From the human T2T-CHM13v2.0 reference genome, Homo sapiens, in NCBI RefSeq assembly GCF_009914755.1, contig NC_060941.1: 64,000 nt of DNA; one strand, 5' to 3'. This document shows positions 25,801 through 37,800 of this stretch, in pieces. A model generated the notes under the pieces. The model ran no database searches and was not told where the DNA came from. It worked only from the letters and a program-made list of their open reading frames with translations. The translations under genes and the position numbers were made by a program. Each line of letters starts with the position of its first letter. Position 1 is the first letter of the stretch.

Positions 25801-25863
25801 GATATTTGGACCTCTCTGAGGATTTCGTTGGAAACGCGATAACTGCACCTAACTAAACGGAAG
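22807..25863 (+). repeat. HOR unit U9: 18-mer variant (3057 bp)
   Basis: 342-bp duplication at 23137-23478 and 23479-23820. Confidence 0.95.
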
Positions 25864-28800
25864 CATTCTCAGAAACTTCTTGGTGATGTTTGCATTCAAA
25901 TCCCAGAGTTGAACCTTCCTTTGATAGTTCAGGTTTGAAACACTCTTTTTGTAGGATCTGCAAGTGGATATTTGGACCACTCTGTGGCCTTCGTTCGAAA
26001 CGGGTATATCTTCGCATAAAATCTAGACAGAAGCCTTCTCAGAAACTTCTCTGTGATGATTGCATTCAACTCACAGAGTTGAACCCTCCTATGGATAGAG
26101 CAGTGTTGAAACTCTCTTTTTGTGGAATCTGCAAGTGGATATGTGGACCTCTCCGAAGATGTCTTTGGAAACGGGAATATCTTCACATAAAAACTAAACA
26201 GAAGCATTCTCAGAAACTTCTCTGTGATGTTTGTGTTCAACTCCCAGAGTTTCACATTGCTTTTCATAGAGTAGTTCTGAAACATGCTTTTCGTAGTGTC
26301 TACAAGTGGACATTTGCAGCGCTTTCAGGCCTGTGGTGGAAAACGAATTATGGTCACATAAAAACTGGAGAGAAGCATTGTCAGAAACTTCTTTGTGATG
26401 ATTGCATTCAACTCACAGAGTTGAAGGTTCCTTTTCAAAGAGCAGTTTCCAATCACTCTTTCTGTGGAATCTGCAAGTGGATATTTGGACCTATTTTGAA
26501 GATTTCGTTGGAAACGGGAGAATCTTCACAGGAAAGCTAAACAGAAGCATTCTCAGAAACTTCTTTGTGATGCTTGCATTCAACTCACAGAGTTGAACTT
26601 TCCTTTCGAGAGAGAAGCTTTGAAACACTCTTTTTCCAGAATCTGCAAGTGGACATTTGGAGGGCTTTGAGGCCTGTGGTGGAAAAGGAATTATCTTCCC
26701 GTAAAAGCTACATAGAAGCATTCTCAGAAACTACTTTGTGATGATTGCATTCAAGTCACAGAGTTGAACATTCCCTTTGACAGAGCAGTTTGGAAACTCT
26801 CTTTGTGTAGAATCTGCAAGTGGAGATATGGACCGCTTTGAGGCCTATGGTAGTAAAGGAAATAGCTTCATATAAAAGCTAGACAGTAGCATTCACAGAA
26901 AACTCTTGGTGACGACTGAGTTTAACTCACAGAGCTGAACATTCCTTTGGATGGAGCAGTTTCGAAACACACTATTTGTAGAATGTGCAAGTGGATATTT
27001 GGGCCTCTCTGAGGATTTCCTTGGAAACGGGATAAACCGCACAGAACTAAACAGAAGCATTCTCAGAACCTTCTTCGTGATGTTTGCATTCAACTCACAG
27101 TGTTGAACCTTTCTTTGATAGTTCAGGTTTGAAACGGTCTTTCTGTAGAAACTGCAAGTAGATATTTGGACCTCTCTGAGGATTTCGTTGGAAACGGGAT
27201 AACCCGCACAGAACTAAAACAGAAGCATTCTCAGAACCCTCTTCGTGATGTTTGCATTCAACTCACAGTGCTGAACCTTTCTTTGATAGTTCAGCTTTGA
27301 AACACTCTTTTTGTAGAAACTGCAAGTGGATATTTGGTCCTCTCTGAGGATTTCGTTGGAAACGGGATAAACTGCACAGAACTAAACAGAAGCATTCTCA
27401 GAACCTTCTTCGTGATGTCTGCATTCAACTCACAGTGTGGAACCTTTCTTTGATAGTTCAGGTTTGAAACACTCTTTTTGTAGAAACTGCAAGGGGATAA
27501 TTGCACTCTTTGAGGAGTACCGTAGTAAAGGAAATAACTTCCTCTAAAAAGAAGACAGAAGCTTTCTCAGAAAATTCTTTGGGATGATTGAGTTGAACTC
27601 ACAGAGCTGAGCATTCCTTGCGATGTAGCAGTTTAGAAACACACTTTCTGCAGAATCTGCAAGTGCATATTTGGACCTCTGTGAGGAATTCGTTGGAAAC
27701 GGGATAATTTCAGCTGACTAAACAGAAGCAGTCTCAGAATCTTCTTTGTGATGTTTGCATTCAAATCCCCGAGTTGAACTTTCCTTTCAAAGTTCACGTT
27801 TGAAACACTCTTTTTGCAGGATCTACAAGTGGATATTTGGACCACTCTGTGTCCTTCGTTCGAAACGGGTATATCTTCACATGACATCTAGACAGAAGCA
27901 TCCTCAGAAGCTTCTCTGTGATGACTGCATTCAACTCACGGAGTTGAACACTCCTTTTGAGAGCGCAGTTTTGAAACTCTCTTTCTGTGGCATCTGCAAG
28001 GGGACATGTAGACCTCTTTGAAGATTTCGTTGGAAACGGAATCATCTTCACATAAAAACTATACAGATGCATTCTCAGGAACTTTTTGGTGATGTTTGTA
28101 TTCAACTCCCAGAGTTGAACTTTCCTTTGGAAAGAGCAGCTATGAAACACTCTTTTTCTAGAATCTGCAAGTGGACGTTTGGAGGGCTTTGTGGTTTGTG
28201 GTGGAAAAGGAAATATCTTCACCTAAATACTAGATAGAAGCATTCTCAGAAACTGCTTTGTGATGATTGCATTCACCTCACAGAGTTGAACATTCCTATT
28301 GATAGAGCAGTTTGGAAACACTCTTGTTGTGGAATGTGCAAGTGGAGATTTGGAGCGCTTTGAGGCCTATGGTAGTAAAGGGAATAGCTTCATAGAAAAA
28401 CTAGACAGAAGCATTCTCAGAAAATACTTTGTGATGATTGAGTTTAACTCACAGAGCTGAACATTCCTTTGGATGGAGCAGGTTTGAGACACACTTTTTG
28501 TAGAATCTACAAGTGGATATTTGGACCTCTCTGAGGATTTCGTTGGAAACGGGATAACTGCACCTAACTAAACGGAAGCATTCTCAGAAACTTCTTGGTG
28601 ATGTTTGCATTCAAATCCCAGAGTTGAACCTTCCTTTGATAGTTCAGGTTTGAAACACTCTTTTTGTAGGATCTGCAAGTGGATATTTGGACCACTCTGT
28701 GGCCTTCGTTCGAAACGGGTATATCTTCGCATAAAATCTAGACAGAAGCCTTCTCAGAAACTTCTCTGTGATGATTGCATTCAACTCACAGAGTTGAACC

Positions 28801-31800
28801 CTCCTATGGATAGAGCAGTGTTGAAACTCTCTTTTTGTGGAATCTGCAAGTGGATATGTGGACCTCTCCGAAGATGTCTTTGGAAACGGGAATATCTTCA
28901 CATAAAAACTAAACAGAAGCATTCTCAGAAACTTCTCTGTGATGTTTGTGTTCAACTCCCAGAGTTTCACATTGCTTTTCATAGAGTAGTTCTGAAACAT
29001 GCTTTTCGTAGTGTCTACAAGTGGACATTTGGAGTGCTTTCAGGCCTGTGGTGGAAAACGAATTATGGTCACATAAAAACTGGAGAGAAGCATTGTCAGA
29101 AACTTCTTTGTGATGATTGCATTCAACTCACAGAGTTGAAGGTTCCTTTTCAAAGAGCAGTTTCCAATCACTCTTTCTGTGGAATCTGCAAGTGGATATT
29201 TGGACCTATTTTGAAGATTTCGTTGGAAACGGGAGAATCTTCACAGGAAAGCTAAACAGAAGCATTCTCAGAAACTTCTTTGTGATGCTCGCATTCAACT
29301 CACAGAGTTGAACTTTCCTTTCGAGAGAGAAGCTTTGAAACACTCTTTTTCCAGAATCTGCAAGTGGACATTTGGAGGGCTTTGAGGCCTGTGGTGGAAA
29401 AGGAATTATCTTCCCGTAAAAGCTAGATAGAAGCATTCTCAGAAACTACTTTGTGATGATTGCATTCAAGTCACAGAGTTGAACATTCCCTTTGACAGAG
29501 CAGTTTGGAAACTCTCTTTGTGTAGAATCTGCAAGTGGAGATATGGACCGCTTTGAGGCCTATGGTAGTAAAGGAAATAGCTTCATATAAAAGCTAGACA
29601 GTAGCATTCACAGAAAACTCTTGGTGACGACTGAGTTTAACTCACAGAGCTGAACATTCCTTTGGATGGAGCAGTTTCGAAACACACTATTTGTAGAATG
29701 TGCAAGTGGATATTTAGGCCTCTCTGAGGATTTCGTTGGAAACGGGATAAACCGCACAGAACTAAACAGAAGCATTCTCAGAACCTTCTTCGTGATGTTT
29801 GCATTCAACTCACAGTGTTGAACCTTTCTTTGATAGTTCAGGTTTGAAACGGTCTTTCTGTAGAAACTGCAAGTAGATATTTGGACCTCTCTGAGGATTT
29901 CGTTGGAAACGGGATAACCCGCACAGAACTAAAACAGAAGCATTCTCAGAACCCTCTTCGTGATGTTTGCATTCAACTCACAGTGCTGAACCTTTCTTTG
30001 ATAGTTCAGCTTTGAAACACTCTTTTTGTAGAAACTGCAAGTGGATATTTGGTCCTCTCTGAGGATTTCGTTGGAAACGGGATAAACTGCACAGAACTAA
30101 ACAGAAGCATTCTCAGAACCTTCTTCGTGATGTCTGCATTCAACTCACAGTGTGGAACCTTTCTTTGATAGTTCAGGTTTGAAACACTCTTTTTGTAGAA
30201 ACTGCAAGGGGATAATTGCACTCTTTGAGGAGTACCGTAGTAAAGGAAATAACTTCCTATAAAAAGAAGACAGAAGCTTTCTCAGAAAATTCTTTGGGAT
30301 GATTGAGTTGAACTCACAGAGCTGAGCATTCCTTGCGATGTAGCAGTTTAGAAACACACTTTCTGCAGAATCTGCAAGTGCATATTTGGACCTCTGTGAG
30401 GAATTCGTTGGAAACGGGATAATTTCAGCTGACTAAACAGAAGCAGTCTCAGAATCTTCTTTGTGATGTTTGCATTCAAATCCCCGAGTTGAACTTTCCT
30501 TTCAAAGTTCACGTTTGAAACACTCTTTTTGCAGGATCTACAAGTGGATATTTGGACCACTCTGTGTCCTTCGTTCGAAACGGGTATATCTTCACATGAC
30601 ATCTAGACAGAAGCATCCTCAGAAGCTTCTCTGTGATGACTGCATTCAACTCACGGAGTTGAACACTCCTTTTGAGAGCGCAGTTTTGAAACTCTCTTTC
30701 TGTGGCATCTGCAAGGGGACATGTAGACCTCTTTGAAGATTTCGTTGGAAACGGAATCATCTTCACATAAAAACTATACAGATGCATTCTCAGGAACTTT
30801 TTGGTGATGTTTGTATTCAACTCCCAGAGTTGAACTTTCCTTTGGAAAGAGCAGCTATGAAACACTCTTTTTCTAGAATCTGCAAGTGGACGTTTGGAGG
30901 GCCTTGTGGTTTGTGGTGGAAAAGGAAATATCTTCACCTAAATACTAGATAGAAGCATTCTCAGAAACTGCTTTGTGATGATTGCATTCACCTCACAGAG
31001 TTGAACATTCCTATTGATAGAGCAGTTTGGAAACACTCTTGTTGTGGAATGTGCAAGTGGAGATTTGGAGCGCTTTGAGGCCTATGGTAGTAAAGGGAAT
31101 AGCTTCATAGAAAAACTAGACAGAAGCATTCTCAGAAAATACTTTGTGATGATTGAGTTTAACTCACAGAGCTGAACATTCCTTTGGATGGAGCAGGTTT
31201 GAGACACACTTTTTGTAGAATCTACAAGTGGATATTTGGACCTCTCTGAGGATTTCGTTGGAAACGGGATAACTGCACCTAACTAAACGGAAGCATTCTC
31301 AGAAACTTCTTGGTGATGTTTGCATTCAAATCCCAGAGTTGAACCTTCCTTTGATAGTTCAGGTTTGAAACACTCTTTTTGTAGGATCTGCAAGTGGATA
31401 TTTGGACCACTCTGTGGCCTTCGTTCGAAACGGGTATATCTTCGCATAAAATCTAGACAGAAGCCTTCTCAGAAACTTCTCTGTGATGATTGCATTCAAC
31501 TCACAGAGTTGAACCCTCCTATGGATAGAGCAGTGTTGAAACTCTCTTTTTGTGGAATCTGCAAGTGGATACGTGGACCTCTCCGAAGATGTCTTTGGAA
31601 ACGGGAATATCTTCACATAAAAACTAAACAGAAGCATTCTCAGAAACTTCTCTGTGATGTTTGTGTTCAACTCCCAGAGTTTCACATTGCTTTTCATAGA
31701 GTAGTTCTGAAACATGCTTTTCGTAGTGTCTACAAGTGGACATTTGGAGCGCTTTCAGGCCTGTGGTGGAAAACGAATTATGGTCACATAAAAACTGGAG

Positions 31801-34800
31801 AGAAGCATTGTCAGAAACTTCTTTGTGATGATTGCATTCAACTCACAGAGTTGAAGGTTCCTTTTCAAAGAGCAGTTTCCAATCACTCTTTCTGTGGAAT
31901 CTGCAAGTGGATATTTGGACCTATTTTGAAGATTTCGTTGGAAACGGGAGAATCTTCACAGGAAAGCTAAACAGAAGCATTCTCAGAAACTTCTTTGTGA
32001 TGCTTGCATTCAACTCACAGAGTTGAACTTTCCTTTCGAGAGAGAAGCTTTGAAACACTCTTTTTCCAGAATCTGCAAGTGGACATTTGGAGGGCTTTGA
32101 GGCCTGTGGTGGAAAAGGAATTATCTTCCCGTAAAAGCTAGATAGAAGCATTCTCAGAAACTACTTTGTGATGATTGCATTCAAGTCACAGAGTTGAACA
32201 TTCCCTTTGACAGAGCAGTTTGGAAACTCTCTTTGTGTAGAATCTGCAAGTGGAGATATGGACCGCTTTGAGGCCTATGGTAGTAAAGGAAATAGCTTCA
32301 TATAAAAGCTAGACAGTAGCATTCACAGAAAACTCTTGGTGACGACTGAGTTTAACTCACAGAGCTGAACATTCCTTTGGATGGAGCAGTTTCGAAACAC
32401 ACTATTTGTAGAATGTGCAAGTGGATATTTAGGCCTCTCTGAGGATTTCGTTGGAAACGGGATAAACCGCACAGAACTAAACAGAAGCATTCTCAGAACC
32501 TTCTTCGTGATGTTTGCATTCAACTCACAGTGTTGAACCTTTCTTTGATAGTTCAGGTTTGAAACGGTCTTTCTGTAGAAACTGCAAGTAGATATTTGGA
32601 CCTCTCTGAGGATTTCGTTGGAAACGGGATAACCCGCACAGAACTAAAACAGAAGCATTCTCAGAACCCTCTTCGTGATGTTTGCATTCAACTCACAGTG
32701 CTGAACCTTTCTTTGATAGTTCAGCTTTGAAACACTCTTTTTGTAGAAACTGCAAGTGGATATTTGGTCCTCTCTGAGGAATTCGTTGGAAACGGGATAA
32801 ACTGCACAGAACTAAACAGAAGCATTCTCAGAACCTTCTTCGTGATGTCTGCATTCAACTCACAGTGTGGAACCTTTCTTTGATAGTTCAGGTTTGAAAC
32901 ACTCTTTTTGTAGAAACTGCAAGGGGATAATTGCACTCTTTGAGGAGTACCGTAGTAAAGGAAATAACTTCCTATAAAAAGAAGACAGAAGCTTTCTCAG
33001 AAAATTCTTTGGGATGATTGAGTTGAACTCACAGAGCTGAGCATTCCTTGCGATGTAGCAGTTTAGAAACACACTTTCTGCAGAATCTGCAAGTGCATAT
33101 TTGGACCTCTGTGAGGAATTCGTTGGAAACGGGATAATTTCAGCTGACTAAACAGAAGCAGTCTCAGAATCTTCTTTGTGATGTTTGCATTCAAATCCCC
33201 GAGTTGAACTTTCCTTTCAAAGTTCACGTTTGAAACACTCTTTTTGCAGGATCTACAAGTGGATATTTGGACCACTCTGTGTCCTTCGTTCGAAACGGGT
33301 ATATCTTCACATGACATCTAGACAGAAGCATCCTCAGAAGCTTCTCTGTGATGACTGCATTCAACTCACGGAGTTGAACACTCCTTTTGAGAGCGCAGTT
33401 TTGAAACTCTCTTTCTGTGGCATCTGCAAGGGGACATGTAGACCTCTTTGAAGATTTCGTTGGAAACGGAATCATCTTCACATAAAAACTATACAGATGC
33501 ATTCTCAGGAACTTTTTGGTGATGTTTGTATTCAACTCCCAGAGTTGAACTTTCCTTTGGAAAGAGCAGCTATGAAACACTCTTTTTCTAGAATCTGCAA
33601 GTGGACGTTTGGAGGGCTTTGTGGTTTGTGGTGGAAAAGGAAATATCTTCACCTAAATACTAGATAGAAGCATTCTCAGAAACTGCTTTGTGATGATTGC
33701 ATTCACCTCACAGAGTTGAACATTCCTATTGATAGAGCAGTTTGGAAACACTCTTGTTGTGGAATGTGCAAGTGGAGATTTGGAGCGCTTTGAGGCCTAT
33801 GGTAGTAAAGGGAATAGCTTCATAGAAAAACTAGACAGAAGCATTCTCAGAAAATACTTTGTGATGATTGAGTTTAACTCACAGAGCTGAACATTCCTTT
33901 GGATGGAGCAGGTTTGAGACACACTTTTTGTAGAATCTACAAGTGGATATTTGGACCTCTCTGAGGATTTCGTTGGAAACGGGATAACTGCACCTAACTA
34001 AACGGAAGCATTCTCAGAAACTTCTTGGTGATGTTTGCATTCAAATCCCAGAGTTGAACCTTCCTTTGATAGTTCAGGTTTGAAACACTCTTTTTGTAGG
34101 ATCTGCAAGTGGATATTTGGACCACTCTGTGGCCTTCGTTCGAAACGGGTATATCTTCGCATAAAATCTAGACAGAAGCCTTCTCAGAAACTTCTCTGTG
34201 ATGATTGCATTCAACTCACAGAGTTGAACCCTCCTATGGATAGAGCAGTGTTGAAACTCTCTTTTTGTGGAATCTGCAAGTGGATATGTGGACCTCTCCG
34301 AAGATGTCTTTGGAAACGGGAATATCTTCACATAAAAACTAAACAGAAGCATTCTCAGAAACTTCTCTGTGATGTTTGTGTTCAACTCCCAGAGTTTCAC
34401 ATTGCTTTTCATAGAGTAGTTCTGAAACATGCTTTTCGTAGTGTCTACAAGTGGACATTTGGAGTGCTTTCAGGCCTGTGGTGGAAAACGAATTATGGTC
34501 ACATAAAAACTGGAGAGAAGCATTGTCAGAAACTTCTTTGTGATGATTGCATTCAACTCACAGAGTTGAAGGTTCCTTTTCAAAGAGCAGTTTCCAATCA
34601 CTCTTTCTGTGGAATCTGCAAGTGGATATTTGGACCTATTTTGAAGATTTCGTTGGAAACGGGAGAATCTTCACAGGAAAGCTAAACAGAAGCATTCTCA
34701 GAAACTTCTTTGTGATGCTCGCATTCAACTCACAGAGTTGAACTTTCCTTTCGAGAGAGAAGCTTTGAAACACTCTTTTTCCAGAATCTGCAAGTGGACA

Positions 34801-37800
34801 TTTGGAGGGCTTTGAGGCCTGTGGTGGAAAAGGAATTATCTTCCCGTAAAAGCTAGATAGAAGCATTCTCAGAAACTACTTTGTGATGATTGCATTCAAG
34901 TCACAGAGTTGAACATTCCCTTTGACAGAGCAGTTTGGAAACTCTCTTTGTGTAGAATCTGCAAGTGGAGATATGGACCGCTTTGAGGCCTATGGTAGTA
35001 AAGGAAATAGCTTCATATAAAAGCTAGACAGTAGCATTCACAGAAAACTCTTGGTGACGACTGAGTTTAACTCACAGAGCTGAACATTCCTTTGGATGGA
35101 GCAGTTTCGAAACACACTATTTGTAGAATGTGCAAGTGGATATTTAGGCCTCTCTGAGGATTTCGTTGGAAACGGGATAAACCGCACAGAACTAAACAGA
35201 AGCATTCTCAGAACCTTCTTCGTGATGTTTGCATTCAACTCACAGTGTTGAACCTTTCTTTGATAGTTCAGGTTTGAAACGGTCTTTCTGTAGAAACTGC
35301 AAGTAGATATTTGGACCTCTCTGAGGATTTCGTTGGAAACGGGATAACCCGCACAGAACTAAAACAGAAGCATTCTCAGAACCCTCTTCGTGATGTTTGC
35401 ATTCAACTCACAGTGCTGAACCTTTCTTTGATAGTTCAGCTTTGAAACACTCTTTTTGTAGAAACTGCAAGTGGATATTTGGTCCTCTCTGAGGATTTCG
35501 TTGGAAACGGGATAAACTGCACAGAACTAAACAGAAGCATTCTCAGAACCTTCTTCGTGATGTCTGCATTCAACTCACAGTGTGGAACCTTTCTTTGATA
35601 GTTCAGGTTTGAAACACTCTTTTTGTAGAAACTGCAAGGGGATAATTGCACTCTTTGAGGAGTACCGTAGTAAAGGAAATAACTTCCTATAAAAAGAAGA
35701 CAGAAGCTTTCTCAGAAAATTCTTTGGGATGATTGAGTTGAACTCACAGAGCTGAGCATTCCTTGCGATGTAGCAGTTTAGAAACACACTTTCTGCAGAA
35801 TCTGCAAGTGCATATTTGGACCTCTGTGAGGAATTCGTTGGAAACGGGATAATTTCAGCTGACTAAACAGAAGCAGTCTCAGAATCTTCTTTGTGATGTT
35901 TGCATTCAAATCCCCGAGTTGAACTTTCCTTTCAAAGTTCACGTTTGAAACACTCTTTTTGCAGGATCTACAAGTGGATATTTGGACCACTCTGTGTCCT
36001 TCGTTCGAAACGGGTATATCTTCACATGACATCTAGACAGAAGCATCCTCAGAAGCTTCTCTGTGATGACTGCATTCAACTCACGGAGTTGAACACTCCT
36101 TTTGAGAGCGCAGTTTTGAAACTCTCTTTCTGTGGCATCTGCAAGGGGACATGTAGACCTCTTTGAAGATTTCGTTGGAAACGGAATCATCTTCACATAA
36201 AAACTATACAGATGCATTCTCAGGAACTTTTTGGTGATGTTTGTATTCAACTCCCAGAGTTGAACTTTCCTTTGGAAAGAGCAGCTATGAAACACTCTTT
36301 TTCTAGAATCTGCAAGTGGACGTTTGGAGGGCCTTGTGGTTTGTGGTGGAAAAGGAAATATCTTCACCTAAATACTAGATAGAAGCATTCTCAGAAACTG
36401 CTTTGTGATGATTGCATTCACCTCACAGAGTTGAACATTCCTATTGATAGAGCAGTTTGGAAACACTCTTGTTGTGGAATGTGCAAGTGGAGATTTGGAG
36501 CGCTTTGAGGCCTATGGTAGTAAAGGGAATAGCTTCATAGAAAAACTAGACAGAAGCATTCTCAGAAAATACTTTGTGATGATTGAGTTTAACTCACAGA
36601 GCTGAACATTCCTTTGGATGGAGCAGGTTTGAGACACACTTTTTGTAGAATCTACAAGTGGATATTTGGACCTCTCTGAGGATTTCGTTGGAAACGGGAT
36701 AACTGCACCTAACTAAACGGAAGCATTCTCAGAAACTTCTTGGTGATGTTTGCATTCAAATCCCAGAGTTGAACCTTCCTTTGATAGTTCAGGTTTGAAA
36801 CACTCTTTTTGTAGGATCTGCAAGTGGATATTTGGACCACTCTGTGGCCTTCGTTCGAAACGGGTATATCTTCGCATAAAATCTAGACAGAAGCCTTCTC
36901 AGAAACTTCTCTGTGATGATTGCATTCAACTCACAGAGTTGAACCCTCCTATGGATAGAGCAGTGTTGAAACTCTCTTTTTGTGGAATCTGCAAGTGGAT
37001 ACGTGGACCTCTCCGAAGATGTCTTTGGAAACGGGAATATCTTCACATAAAAACTAAACAGAAGCATTCTCAGAAACTTCTCTGTGATGTTTGTGTTCAA
37101 CTCCCAGAGTTTCACATTGCTTTTCATAGAGTAGTTCTGAAACATGCTTTTCGTAGTGTCTACAAGTGGACATTTGGAGCGCTTTCAGGCCTGTGGTGGA
37201 AAACGAATTATGGTCACATAAAAACTGGAGAGAAGCATTGTCAGAAACTTCTTTGTGATGATTGCATTCAACTCACAGAGTTGAAGGTTCCTTTTCAAAG
37301 AGCAGTTTCCAATCACTCTTTCTGTGGAATCTGCAAGTGGATATTTGGACCTATTTTGAAGATTTCGTTGGAAACGGGAGAATCTTCACAGGAAAGCTAA
37401 ACAGAAGCATTCTCAGAAACTTCTTTGTGATGCTTGCATTCAACTCACAGAGTTGAACTTTCCTTTCGAGAGAGAAGCTTTGAAACACTCTTTTTCCAGA
37501 ATCTGCAAGTGGACATTTGGAGGGCTTTGAGGCCTGTGGTGGAAAAGGAATTATCTTCCCGTAAAAGCTAGATAGAAGCATTCTCAGAAACTACTTTGTG
37601 ATGATTGCATTCAAGTCACAGAGTTGAACATTCCCTTTGACAGAGCAGTTTGGAAACTCTCTTTGTGTAGAATCTGCAAGTGGAGATATGGACCGCTTTG
37701 AGGCCTATGGTAGTAAAGGAAATAGCTTCATATAAAAGCTAGACAGTAGCATTCACAGAAAACTCTTGGTGACGACTGAGTTTAACTCACAGAGCTGAAC

